A stretch of 64,000 bases of DNA. Origin: an uncultured Pseudobdellovibrionaceae bacterium (lineage in GTDB: Bacteria; Bdellovibrionota; Bdellovibrionia; Bdellovibrionales; JAGQZY01). The number at the start of each line of letters is the position of its first letter. Position 1 is the first letter of the stretch. Below the pieces are notes generated by a model. That model was not told where the DNA came from and made no database searches. It worked only from the letters and a program-made list of their open reading frames with translations. Both the position numbers and the translations under genes were made by a program. Positions 27,917-37,653 of the stretch are shown piece by piece. Location: positions 6,784-70,783 of the forward strand of contig CAZPOV010000011.1 in NCBI GenBank assembly GCA_964588335.1, in the 5' to 3' direction.

Positions 27917-30046
27917 TTAATAATTGAAAGAGAAGTTCGTTAAAACATTGTACTTGTTGTAGCGGTTTGTGGTCGAGTCGTTAACAATGTAAGAAGCAAC
28001 CACTCCCCAGTTCCAGTTCGAATTCAACCTTCGCGAAAGACCTGTGGCCACCGTGTAATTGTTGTCAGTTCGAGTGCTTTCATAGTTCGAAATAAAATAG
28101 GCCAGCTTGTTATTCCAAACAAATGACGACCAAAGGGCCGTGGTGAAAGTGACTCCGATATCCATTCTGTTGAAAGCATATATCGAAGACTTGGCATCGT
28201 GGATCCGATAGGAGAACTCAGGAATAAGATATCTTTCTAAATCTTTATTTAAGATAATAATGCTGGATAGCTTCATTCTCGCACTAAAGGCATCGGCGAC
28301 GGTTTCTTCACCAAGAATATTTGAATCAACGGAGGCAAAGGTATAGTCGCCTTTGGCAATCCAGTTTCGATTCACAACAAGAGTATTATTGATTCCTAGT
28401 TTGATGGAATTCGAGATTGTCGCCGCTCCGGTGCCGTCGAGATCCATAATGATTTGTTCATAGCCGGGGACCAGGTCGAAAACATAGCCTTTGCCTCCCA
28501 AGGTCCCTCGATGAGTCCAGGGCACGTTGGCTCCTAAAACCAACGGATCGGCTGTTTCGGCCACGTCATTGCTTTGAAAGCTTTCATCAAAGCTTTTCAG
28601 TGTGGTGACGTTTAGCTCGATATTGATTTCATCGGACTGAGAATAATAGGGGCGAAATTTAGGCGCCACCTGTGCTAATAAACGCCAACCATTTTCATCG
28701 GTCACGTCGTTGTTTCGGGTCAATTGATCATCCGCCAAGATGATATTTGAGTCGTACATTAAACCCATAACACCACTGATTCGAAACCAGTTGGCACGTT
28801 TCTTTGCTAGAGCCTTTCTATCAAGCCCGTATTCAATGTATTTTTCAGCTTTCTTATCCAGTTCTGGATTTTTTGAATTGTCGAGAACATATTGAAAAGC
28901 TTCTTTTGATTTTTCAAACTCATTAATCTCAAGAAGAGCCGAACCCTTATAGAAAGCGGCAGTGGCCGCGAAGGCTTTGTCGCTCGACTGAATGACTTTG
29001 TCAAAATGACTGATTGCTTTTTCGTAGTCTTTTAGCTGGTAAAACGCCATTCCCATGTAAAAGTGTTTTTCTGGAATTCTTTCGGCTGTAGGTTGCGAAA
29101 TGTCCAAGGCAACAATGGCTTGATTGTATTTTTTGTTGCGGAACAGACTGACACCGTACTGTTGATAAATGTTTTCTTCCGAAGGAGCCAGATTAGAGGC
29201 TGCAAAGAACTCCTCCATGGACTGATTGAGTTGACTGGCCTTCAAGGACTCTACGGCCTTTTTGATCAGTTCTTTGGCCTGCTCATTGTTCTGTCGTTGT
29301 TGTCGGGGCGACCATGACGAGGCCTCCTGTTTAACATCTTTGCGACGCTTTACCTCGATATTTCGCATCACTTCACGCAATTCTTCGTTTTTGGCGTTGG
29401 TGGCTTGTAAGTCGTTTTCATTGGCGAGAAAAAGCGATTGCAATGTTGAGGTATCAATAACTTTTTTTCTTTCAACCTTTTGTTGATTGGCGACTTCAAT
29501 TATACTCTGACTTTCTAATTGCTCAGGGGAAAGGCCCATCTCTTCTCGGTACTTGTTGTAAGCAGCAATTGCATTTTCTTTATCATCAAAAATGTCGACG
29601 ATTTGTCCCTTGGTTCGCAATACTCTTAACAAAAAGGGTTTTCTTTTCACCGAACCGTCTTCGATAAATTCTTTCATCAAATCAATACGATTTTCTACTT
29701 GCAACATGGACTGCGGAGCTGAGTATATCTCAGCAGGAACCTCATTGGATTCAAGAACCCCAATCGGAAACGCTATGCTGAAAACTCCGGAGTTAGGAGC
29801 TGTTTCCACCATATTCAATTCATAGATTTTCTCGGTTTTTTTATTCCGTAAATAAACATACCCAGACTCAATAGAGGTTGGCTTTTCGTTCCAAGCAACC
29901 TTTTCATAGAAAAAGGAGACGGGGCGTGAATTGACAATAACGGCTCGTTTGTCACTGTTCTCTTTAAAGATTTTAAATCGACTTTCAGCAGCCATTGAGG
30001 TTTGGGCGAGTCCAGCCATAAGGGCGAACAATACAAGTTGTTTCAT
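27917..30046 (-). CDS. outer-membrane protein: N-terminal region, TPR repeats, C-terminal beta-barrel-like domain
   Basis: Signal peptide MKQLVLFALMAGLAQTSMA. TPR-like units (YQQYGVSLFRNKKYNQAIVAL, FYMGMAFYQLKDYEKAISHFDKV, FYKGSALLEINEFEKSKEAFQYV). Alternating-hydrophobicity C-terminal third ending NFSFNY (aromatic terminus). Confidence 0.6.
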   Translation of the reverse strand: MKQLVLFALMAGLAQTSMAAESRFKIFKENSDKRAVIVNSRPVSFFYEKVAWNEKPTSIESGYVYLRNKKTEKIYELNMVETAPNSGVFSIAFPIGVLESNEVPAEIYSAPQSMLQVENRIDLMKEFIEDGSVKRKPFLLRVLRTKGQIVDIFDDKENAIAAYNKYREEMGLSPEQLESQSIIEVANQQKVERKKVIDTSTLQSLFLANENDLQATNAKNEELREVMRNIEVKRRKDVKQEASSWSPRQQRQNNEQAKELIKKAVESLKASQLNQSMEEFFAASNLAPSEENIYQQYGVSLFRNKKYNQAIVALDISQPTAERIPEKHFYMGMAFYQLKDYEKAISHFDKVIQSSDKAFAATAAFYKGSALLEINEFEKSKEAFQYVLDNSKNPELDKKAEKYIEYGLDRKALAKKRANWFRISGVMGLMYDSNIILADDQLTRNNDVTDENGWRLLAQVAPKFRPYYSQSDEINIELNVTTLKSFDESFQSNDVAETADPLVLGANVPWTHRGTLGGKGYVFDLVPGYEQIIMDLDGTGAATISNSIKLGINNTLVVNRNWIAKGDYTFASVDSNILGEETVADAFSARMKLSSIIILNKDLERYLIPEFSYRIHDAKSSIYAFNRMDIGVTFTTALWSSFVWNNKLAYFISNYESTRTDNNYTVATGLSRRLNSNWNWGVVASYIVNDSTTNRYNKYNVLTNFSFNY

Positions 30047-30259
30047 CTATTAAGTCCTCGTTTTATCTTTTAAATAGTCTAAGGTGATCAATAGTTTATG
30101 ACAATGAAATGACATCTAAGAATGGGCAAAAGACTGTGCTTATTGGCGTAAATTGTGAAGCCGCAGTTCTCGACTTAGGTAGAGAGTTCAGCGACTGTTG
30201 AGGAAAGCCAAGAAGGCTCTGGAAATGGGAGCCTTTTGTGAAAGGCTCGGACTCGACTA

Positions 30260-31426
30260 TCAATTACCGCATTGGCCGGGGAGGCAAGGATTGATTATCA
30301 CTTGCACGCGATCCGATGTATTGATGACTCCATCTTGAATGATCGGATTATCCATGGGCGAGTCAACTGGAGTGAAGTTGTCCATGTCAACGATACCCAT
30401 GTTGGGGTCGACACCAATCATCTCATCCATCGCCGGGCCACCCTCAAGATCGGGTGGTGGTAAAAGATTATCCATCCCGGCATCGGGCTCGATTGAGGCG
30501 ACATCGCGCTCGCCCCCTGATCCATCATCCATCGATGGATCGAAGTTTGGATCGCCGTACTGCTCATCGTCACGGTAAGGTGAATCGTCTGCCACCTCGC
30601 CAGGGTTTCCGTTGCCGACGGTTCCATCGGACCCATCGCCGTTGATAGCAGTCCCAGGCTTAGGATTGCCTCGGGCGCCTTGCGGACCTGTTTGACCTTT
30701 GCCGTTTTTGGGCTCAAGTTTGGGTTCTTGTTTACCGGCTTTGTCATCGCCTTTTGGTTTCTTTTCAGGTTGGGTGGTGCTGGCTGGTTGTTTACTTGGG
30801 CTTGCATCATCCACTTTTGACTCTTGATCCATTTGTGCAAACTCTGCGGGAGGAACCTCGCGGGCCGGATGAGGAGCGGTGCCGACACTGTTTGAAGTGT
30901 ACTGTCCAGGCTTGACCGTGACTTGAGGGATAAAATTGCCCCCTTTGAGTTGTCCAACGGCCACTTCCCCTTCGAAGGTAACCACTCGTGATCGGTTGGT
31001 GGCACGGTTGTAACTGGTCAGGAACTCGGTTCCGCGGACTCCGGCCACAGCGGATTTGGTTTTTACTCGGTAATGACTTTGCTTGGTATCATTGTATTTC
31101 TGTTTTACATCCGAGCGGACTTTACCATTGATAACATTAAGAACCGCTTTCTTACCGGTTTCATAGGCCTCGATGATCAGCTCCGAATCGGGTGAAATGT
31201 TGATTTCGTTTTTATCAGCCATTTGAATTTTAGCTCGGCTATCCACCGCCGTTTTGACAGTGTAGCCTTGGCAAACTTTTTTATTTTTACGAGCTTTTTT
31301 GAAGTTGTTATTCCCTTTTTTGGTGTAGGTTACGTCGCCTTTGACGACTTTAAATACACCGCAGTCGGCAGCCATTGCTTGAGTAGAAAAGAAGAAGGCA
31401 ATGGAGATGATCAGTAAACGAACCAT
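30260..31426 (-). CDS. secreted FecR-domain protein with long acidic/Pro-Gly-rich low-complexity C-terminus
   Basis: Signal peptide MVRLLIISIAFFFSTQAMA. GDVTYTKKG...CQGYTVKTAVDSRAKIQMADKNEINISPDSELII matches the FecR pattern. The C-terminal ~180 aa are rich in P/G/D/K and end in CLPGQCGN. Confidence 0.6.
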   Translation of the reverse strand: MVRLLIISIAFFFSTQAMAADCGVFKVVKGDVTYTKKGNNNFKKARKNKKVCQGYTVKTAVDSRAKIQMADKNEINISPDSELIIEAYETGKKAVLNVINGKVRSDVKQKYNDTKQSHYRVKTKSAVAGVRGTEFLTSYNRATNRSRVVTFEGEVAVGQLKGGNFIPQVTVKPGQYTSNSVGTAPHPAREVPPAEFAQMDQESKVDDASPSKQPASTTQPEKKPKGDDKAGKQEPKLEPKNGKGQTGPQGARGNPKPGTAINGDGSDGTVGNGNPGEVADDSPYRDDEQYGDPNFDPSMDDGSGGERDVASIEPDAGMDNLLPPPDLEGGPAMDEMIGVDPNMGIVDMDNFTPVDSPMDNPIIQDGVINTSDRVQVIINPCLPGQCGN

Positions 31427-31581
31427 AGGCTCCTCGAATTTAGGGTTATTCTTCTAAGTGATTTATCGGTGTCTGAGTGTGGAACTTAAAAGAATTCCAA
31501 TAATTGCGCCACCTTGAGACAGCCTCAGGTGGAACAGATGTTCCTATTGTCGTCGATGGATGCTGTTGCATTTTGGAGCGT

Positions 31582-32127
31582 CTAAGAATTGAGAGTCGAA
31601 TCCTGAGCACAGATGTAGCGACTGAGTTCAAGAAAGTCTTGAGCGTAATACTCGGCATCGTCATATTCTGACTCCGAAGGATCTTCGGTTCCATGCAGGA
31701 AGACGCTTTTCATGTGGGCTCGGTGGCCAGCTTCCACGTCGGTCATGCGGTCACCCACCATCCAAGAGACGGTGCGGTCGACATTATGATCACGGACTCC
31801 TGCCTCCAGCATTCCTGGCCCCGGTTTCCGCATCGGGTGTCCCGAATTCACCATGAAAGGCGCATAATAAAAGCTGAGAATATCGATGCCGGCTCGAGCA
31901 CAATCCTCACGAATGTTTTTGTGAATTTGATGCAAGTTTTTAACGTCGACAAGACCACGGGGCACTCCCGATTGATTGGTGACGACAATAAACTCAAAAC
32001 CCTGATCACGTAAAAGTCGTAAACCCTCGAAGACGCCGGGTAAGTATTGAATTTGGTTGGGATCATTGAGGTAAATTTTATCGACGATTAAAGTTCCATC
32101 GCGATCAAAAAATACAACTTTTTTCAT
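31582..32127 (-). CDS. gmhB: D,D-heptose 1,7-bisphosphate phosphatase-like HAD-IIIA phosphatase
   Basis: VVFFDRDGTLIVD, VVTNQSGVPRG, RKPGPGML and MVGDRMTDVEAG are the GmhB/histidinol-phosphatase subfamily blocks. Confidence 0.7.
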   Translation of the reverse strand: MKKVVFFDRDGTLIVDKIYLNDPNQIQYLPGVFEGLRLLRDQGFEFIVVTNQSGVPRGLVDVKNLHQIHKNIREDCARAGIDILSFYYAPFMVNSGHPMRKPGPGMLEAGVRDHNVDRTVSWMVGDRMTDVEAGHRAHMKSVFLHGTEDPSESEYDDAEYYAQDFLELSRYICAQDSTLNS

Positions 32128-32320
32128 GAAGACGTTCCTACGTAAGTAATGAGTTTAAAGGAAGGACCATCCAACCGCAAGATCTCATCCATTGGAGCAC
32201 TGTTTCTGGCAGAGGGTGGCCCTAGCCCTTGCTTCTGGTAAAGGGACTCGGGCTGTCTAGCGGTGGGGGCATCGGTCTGAAGGGTGGCATGAACCCATTC
32301 CAGGTTTCCGGTTACAGTCT

Positions 32321-33325
32321 TTATTTTTTTGAAAAAGGGTGATGAGCTTCCATAGTATTGGCCAGTTGGTCCATATCAAGATGGGTATAAAGTTCGGTGG
32401 CGGCGAGACTCTGATGCCCAAGCAATTGCTGCAGGACTCTCAGGTCGGATCCACTGCTTAGTAAATGGGTGGCGTAACTGTGGCGAAGAGCGTGGGGATG
32501 CAAGGGCTTTAGTAGGCCGCTCTCTTTTCCCAAGTCTTTAATGCGTTGATAGGCACTGCGAGTGGGTAAGGGCTTGTTGCCCCATAGATACGGTCCGGTT
32601 CGATGTTCATTTTGTAAAGACAGGCAAACACTTTTGGGGATGATGGCTAGGCGTTCTTTGTTGCCTTTGCCTCGCACCAACAGAGTGCGCTTTTCAAACT
32701 TGAAGTCAGACCACTGCACTTGGCAGGCCTCTGAAACTCTCAGTCCACATCCGTACAGAAGAGAAAACAATTTCCGTTGTTGAATTTTTTTCTGGGTGAT
32801 TGGATCTTTGGCCAGGAATTGCAGGACGCCCATGCATTCATCCATGGAAATAAAGTGGGGAAGCTTTCTGTGAACCCCGCGAGGGGCTTCGACTTTCAAC
32901 CCGAGATCGATATTGTGAAAGCTGCGCAGCCAATTCAGAAAGCCATTGAGGCTGGATATTTTCCTTTTTCGGGATTTTATTGAGATATCGTCCCAAGATC
33001 GGAGCTTCTCCATCCCGCGCGCCGCCCAATCCTTATATCCCATTGTAATTGTTTGTTTTTCGTTAGATTGCACAAAATAGTGGCTATCCCCATTGATTTT
33101 CGGACCAGAAAGAATATATAAAGTATCAAGTTGAAAAACTTGCAGTACATCTGTGCTATAGGCGCGGAGGCTGTGTGGGGAGAGACCAGACTGGAAATCG
33201 AGATATTCCAGGTATTTGCATAGGTACTCCCCAAGATCCAGAGAACCTGAACTACCGTTTATTTCGATTTCATTGGAAAAAGTGCAAGTTTTTGAATTTT
33301 TTCTTGCATTTTTTACGCGCTGCAC
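32321..33325 (-). CDS. tyrosine recombinase, XerC/XerD family
   Basis: SLLYGCGLRVSE (Arg I), HPHALRHSYATHLLSSG (HxxR) and LLGHQSLAATELYTH (catalytic Tyr). N-terminal SAM-like block LSPHSLRAYSTDV. Confidence 0.75.
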   Translation of the reverse strand: MQRVKNARKNSKTCTFSNEIEINGSSGSLDLGEYLCKYLEYLDFQSGLSPHSLRAYSTDVLQVFQLDTLYILSGPKINGDSHYFVQSNEKQTITMGYKDWAARGMEKLRSWDDISIKSRKRKISSLNGFLNWLRSFHNIDLGLKVEAPRGVHRKLPHFISMDECMGVLQFLAKDPITQKKIQQRKLFSLLYGCGLRVSEACQVQWSDFKFEKRTLLVRGKGNKERLAIIPKSVCLSLQNEHRTGPYLWGNKPLPTRSAYQRIKDLGKESGLLKPLHPHALRHSYATHLLSSGSDLRVLQQLLGHQSLAATELYTHLDMDQLANTMEAHHPFSKK

Positions 33326-33383
33326 ATATACTCCGTGTCAAAATGATACGTTGTATCAAAAAGAAACAAATGAGGTGGTACGT

Positions 33384-34415
33384 ATGTCAAATACAACTTT
33401 TCCGGGTAGCCCTATTACTGGTGGTGCCTCTAATCCAATTTTAGCTGGAAACCAGGTTATACACAAATCGGACCTAATGAAACAGGTCATGAGGATGGTT
33501 GACCGAGTCGCTCCTAGCAACGCTTCTGTGCTGATTTTAGGTGAAAGTGGAACCGGTAAGGAGCTTTTAGCCCACGCCATCCACTCAAAAAGCCAACGTC
33601 GTGATAAGCCCTTTGTCGCTATCAACTGTGGAGCTCTTCGCGAGACTCTTCTTGAAAGTGAGCTGTTTGGTCACGAAAAAGGTGCTTTTACTGGAGCCTA
33701 CGCCAAGAAAATCGGTTTGGCCGAAATGGCTTCTGGAGGAACTCTGTTCCTTGATGAGATCGGTGAATTGAGCCCTGGAATGCAAGCCAAACTATTGCGC
33801 TTCATTCAAGAAGGCGAAGTTTATCGAGTTGGTGGTAAAGAGCCTATTCAGGTCGATATCCGATTGATCTCAGCCACCAACCGCGAGTTGGACGCTGAGG
33901 TTATGAAAGGAACATTCCGTGAAGATCTCTATTACCGAATCAACACGATCACTGTCCATTCGCCACCACTGCGTCGCCGCAAAGAAGATATTCCATTGTT
34001 GGTGGAACACTTTCTTGCCAAAAACACTTCAAGAATTTTAAATCGTGGGCGCAAAATGAGCGAAGAAGCGATGCAAATTTTGATGAAGTATGACTGGCCA
34101 GGAAACATTCGTGAGTTGCAAAACCTCTGTGAGCGTTTGCAAATTCTAGCGGATGGCGAAATCATTGTCGCCAGTGATCTACCAAACTCAATTGTCAATC
34201 CTGAGAACCGCATCTCGATGGATGAGTACGATCCTTCAATGACTCTTTACGAGCTAGAAAAGCGTCATATTATTAAAGCGCTGAATTACTTTGAAGGTAA
34301 CAAAACCCAAGCCGCTAACGCTCTTGGAATCACCATCAAGACCCTTTACAACAAATTGCACGAGTACGGTGAGTTTGAGAAGTTTGCGATTCACAGCAAA
34401 CCGAAAAAAGCATAA
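33384..34415 (+). CDS. sigma-54-dependent transcriptional activator lacking an N-terminal regulatory domain (AAA+ plus Fis-type HTH)
   Basis: Walker A GESGTGKE, intact GAFTGA loop ([13 protein letters not shown]), [10 protein letters not shown], and C-terminal [23 protein letters not shown]. The ATG at 33384 is preceded by GAGGTGG. The tracked start at 33216 overlaps the xer gene. Confidence 0.85.
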   Translation: MSNTTFPGSPITGGASNPILAGNQVIHKSDLMKQVMRMVDRVAPSNASVLILGESGTGKELLAHAIHSKSQRRDKPFVAINCGALRETLLESELFGHEKGAFTGAYAKKIGLAEMASGGTLFLDEIGELSPGMQAKLLRFIQEGEVYRVGGKEPIQVDIRLISATNRELDAEVMKGTFREDLYYRINTITVHSPPLRRRKEDIPLLVEHFLAKNTSRILNRGRKMSEEAMQILMKYDWPGNIRELQNLCERLQILADGEIIVASDLPNSIVNPENRISMDEYDPSMTLYELEKRHIIKALNYFEGNKTQAANALGITIKTLYNKLHEYGEFEKFAIHSKPKKA

Positions 34416-34443
34416 ACAATGAAAAACATTTTTAAAAAACAAA

Positions 34444-34468
34444 AGGAGCCTGAGGGCTCCTTTTTTTA
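34444..34468. terminator. bidirectional rho-independent terminator
   Basis: aaaAGGAGCC-tgag-GGCTCCTttttttt, flanked by an A-run and a T-run. Sits between convergent genes. Confidence 0.8.
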
Positions 34469-34587
34469 TGTCTCAATTTATTTCTTAGTTTTCTCTGATC
34501 TTTGCACCAAGGTCACTAAAGCGACAGCACGTAACTTTTAGGCAAGGCTTTAGAAAAAACTCGGCTTAGTTCACCAACAAATGTTTA

Positions 34588-34887
34588 TTAAAAACAGTTG
34601 AATCGAACCGAAGCTTCGCCAGCATAATCGACATAGGCTTCGCCGCTTTCGTACATTCGAACCGTAAAGTTGGCGTCCTCACAAATGTAGCCATCAAGAG
34701 CTGTGGTTTCACAAGGTACCGAGTAATAACTGTCGTTATCAAAGTAGTAGGCGTATGTGGTTTGGCCTTCTTGAACAAACTCAAGTGTGTCTTCTTCAAA
34801 AGACTCATCCACGTTTTGGCAAGAAATATTAGCGGCATTGGCGTTAACTGTTAAAGCTAGAGTAAAAATCAAACTAAGTAAGCGCAT
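34588..34887 (-). CDS. small secreted Cys-containing protein
   Basis: Signal peptide MRLLSLIFTLALTVNANA. 99 aa with 4 Cys. No family recognised. Confidence 0.5.
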   Translation of the reverse strand: MRLLSLIFTLALTVNANAANISCQNVDESFEEDTLEFVQEGQTTYAYYFDNDSYYSVPCETTALDGYICEDANFTVRMYESGEAYVDYAGEASVRFNCF

Positions 34888-35177
34888 TTTAAATCTCCTT
34901 TAAGATAGGGCTTTCATAGCAAATGGCCTAGCAAGCAGGCAAGTGGCAGTTTTGACGAAAACGCCTATTAGAGTCAAACTTCAAGCCATAGACATTTCTC
35001 AAACTCCCGGAATCACTATTTTATCCAACAAGACTTCGGCCGATATCGATACAAAATTTTCAATGTTGGGATTGTAACAAGTTAGGGCCTTGTTGGTTTC
35101 CCAGTCTAAAAGAGGGTCTTTTCTCTATTAGTCCCTGAAAATTTGTTTTCCGCAAAGGGCTATAAGACAATAAAGAG

Positions 35178-36521
35178 ATGGGAAATGCAGAAAAAGGTCC
35201 AAGTGTTCTTAGTCACATCCTCAATGGGTTGGTCTGCCTTATCCTCGCAGTTCTTTGGACTTTGCCAAGCTTGCTGAACGGTTTCCCCTTAAGTTACTAC
35301 GACTCCGCTTACTATGTTTACAATGCCTTTCACCTCCTTGAACCGGCCAATATTGCGTGGCGCCCCCTGACCTACAGTTTGTTATTGAGGCCCCCCTTCG
35401 AAGTGGCAGGCTTTTTAGGCGTCATTTTCCTGCAAAACATTTTGGTTGCTGGGTTCCTATTTAAATTCAGCCGACTGGTTTGGCCTGAATGTTCAAGAAA
35501 AGTCTTCTTTGCAATCGGACTTTTGTTAATGCTGACTCCCTTGCTCCATGTGAGTAATTTTATCATGCCTGATATTTTTAGTCCTTTAGCAGTCTTTGCC
35601 ATGCTTGGCTTTTTTCTCTGCAAACCAGGTGAACGTACCTTCTATTTTCTGGCCACAGCGTTTTTTTCATTCATGCATTTTTCAAATTTCATTTGTGTTA
35701 TTCCTTTAGTTATTTTTCATTTTTCAAAAAACTATCGCCGCGCTCTGTTCGCAGGAGTTGCAGTCGTTCTAACCATCCTGTCCGTTCGCTTTTTGTTTTT
35801 CTTTCCTAAAAAGAGCTTTGAAGAGTCGGCACACTATTTCGTTTATTCACGACTGGTCGCTTTCCAAATCACAGAGACTTATTTTTCACAAAAGTGTCCG
35901 GATGAAAAAATGGTCTTCTGTAACGCACAAAATAGGCATTTTGCTATTTGGAATAGTGATAGATCTCCCAATAGCGTCGCTCCAGGAATCGACATTCTGC
36001 CGAGTGTTGTTCAAGCCAATCAAGAGATCTTAAAATCAAGACTACTCTGGACCTATCTTTTTAAAGGCGTCGATCAAAGTCTCTTGCAGGCCTTGTTATT
36101 TTCACAACCAATGCCAATAATTTTGGACGATATAGCTTTGTTCCGGCAATACGGGAAATACGCTGGTGAAGATACTATTTTAGCATTTGCCAATCAAAAC
36201 ATCTTTAATGGGCGAAACTTTTCTCTTGAAAGCTATACCAAGACTGCCAGCTTTGTATTTCTGGGTCTGTCGATTATTAGTGTTCTAGTTTTAGGGATCT
36301 TATTATTCAAAAACCTTATTTTCGATTATGAAAAAAGGATCGTCTATTACTATTTTGCGGCCTATCTTCTAAACTGCATCGCTATCGGATTCTTTTCGGA
36401 GCCCCTGTCTCGCTATAACAATAAATTGGTCTGGGGATTCACTTTTTTGACTTTTATTTTTGTCAGCAAGTATCTTGCCGAACGTAACCAAAAAAATGCG
36501 GTTACATTGTCACTAAACTAA
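35178..36521 (+). CDS. polytopic membrane protein, possibly GT-C-type glycosyltransferase
   Basis: At least ten hydrophobic segments. Acidic/aromatic first loop (FPLSYYDSAYYVYN) as in ArnT/PMT-like GT-C enzymes. The function is speculative. Confidence 0.5.
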   Translation: MGNAEKGPSVLSHILNGLVCLILAVLWTLPSLLNGFPLSYYDSAYYVYNAFHLLEPANIAWRPLTYSLLLRPPFEVAGFLGVIFLQNILVAGFLFKFSRLVWPECSRKVFFAIGLLLMLTPLLHVSNFIMPDIFSPLAVFAMLGFFLCKPGERTFYFLATAFFSFMHFSNFICVIPLVIFHFSKNYRRALFAGVAVVLTILSVRFLFFFPKKSFEESAHYFVYSRLVAFQITETYFSQKCPDEKMVFCNAQNRHFAIWNSDRSPNSVAPGIDILPSVVQANQEILKSRLLWTYLFKGVDQSLLQALLFSQPMPIILDDIALFRQYGKYAGEDTILAFANQNIFNGRNFSLESYTKTASFVFLGLSIISVLVLGILLFKNLIFDYEKRIVYYYFAAYLLNCIAIGFFSEPLSRYNNKLVWGFTFLTFIFVSKYLAERNQKNAVTLSLN

Positions 36522-36567
36522 CTTAGCATCCGGCCAGTTTTCAATTCCACTCAATGGCGTCAGTTTT

Positions 36568-36590
36568 AATTTGAAGAACTTCAAATTTTT
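36568..36590 (+). terminator. weak AT-rich hairpin plus T-run after the membrane protein gene
   Basis: AATTTGAAG-aa-CTTCAAATT followed by TTT. The stem is AT-rich and the loop very short. Confidence 0.3.
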
Positions 36591-36805
36591 CGTTGCTTTC
36601 AGCGGCGTTGAAACTGTTACGATTTCTACGTTCTCTGCGCCAGAAAAAATAAGGCTGTAGAGTTTTAGGGGGAGATCAAGATTCATTCGTTCGATCTAAG
36701 CACCGAAATCAAACGAAAACTTGTCTCGAAATGAGACATGTCATTTTGTGACCGGCGAAGGTGGAATGATAAGGATATAGCGGAAACCGAGCATTGGGGG
36801 GCATT

Positions 36806-37564
36806 GTGAAGGTAAGCATTCGGATCATCTTATTTTTTCAGCTACTTGTTTTAGGGGCCTGCGGTATTGGCGAGGGTGTTAATCCATCCATCAAGACCGG
36901 CAGTCAGGAACAGTCTTCTTCAACCTCAACTTCATCGGCACCGCCAGTGGAAGTCAAAATCATCCACCAATGTGATCTTTCAGCCTACGTCAATCTGGAA
37001 CAAAATCGTGTCGACTTTTCTTACAGTACGGACCCAGCAGTGACAGTCCGTCGTCGTTATATCGATTTATTCAGAAGTGTCAGTTGGTCCACTCAGGCAC
37101 AAAAAGAAACTCAAATCAGAAATCTCTTGCGAGTCAACAGACTGACGCCACAACAGATCCAAGTTCGAATAGAGCAGCCAATCTGTACCGCTAGCAACTT
37201 TATGTTAGGAGAACAGCTGGAAGAGGGTGTTCTGCCGTTACAAGAACTTCTTGAAGCCGAATGTCCTGAGTTGAAGAGTCACAATATTTTCAGTGATGTC
37301 GACACAGATCTAGAACAGCAATTGGCCGACAAAATTCGCCGTGATTTTACCGAAGAAGAATACGCAGAGTTCGTTCAACCTTTTCACGCCCATGTCATTG
37401 ATTTGCTCATTGAAAATTCAAGCTATCTTGGGTTGACGTTCGGTATTAAAAAGCAAGGTGCCGCTATCATTCCAGAGTTTACTCAACGGCAAAAAGAAAT
37501 CAACGAGTCACAAGGTTGGCTCACCGCGCTTTTTCATAGCCAAGGCAATCTCTGTATCGAATAA
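36806..37564 (+). CDS. hypothetical lipoprotein
   Basis: With the GTG start at 36806 the protein begins MKVSIRIILFFQLLVLGACG (lipobox). A Ser/Thr-rich linker follows. No family recognised. Confidence 0.5.
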   Translation: MKVSIRIILFFQLLVLGACGIGEGVNPSIKTGSQEQSSSTSTSSAPPVEVKIIHQCDLSAYVNLEQNRVDFSYSTDPAVTVRRRYIDLFRSVSWSTQAQKETQIRNLLRVNRLTPQQIQVRIEQPICTASNFMLGEQLEEGVLPLQELLEAECPELKSHNIFSDVDTDLEQQLADKIRRDFTEEEYAEFVQPFHAHVIDLLIENSSYLGLTFGIKKQGAAIIPEFTQRQKEINESQGWLTALFHSQGNLCIE

Positions 37565-37653
37565 GCCATCCAAAATTGTTTAAGAATAAAAAAACCACCA
37601 TTAAATGGTGGTTTGTTAAAAAATAGTGGGACGGGCTGATTGGGATTAGAACT

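Noticed and set aside
28791-28806. Sigma-54-like sequence TGGCACG-tttc-TTTGC
   Set aside because: The spacing between the GG and GC elements is one base too long. It also lies on the antisense strand inside the outer-membrane-protein ORF with no gene downstream.
32321-33325. Tyrosine recombinase as a marker of an integrated mobile element
   Set aside because: The motifs and length fit the XerC/XerD chromosome-dimer resolvases. The neighbours are housekeeping genes (gmhB, a sigma-54 activator). I saw no flanking direct repeats or adjacent tRNA.
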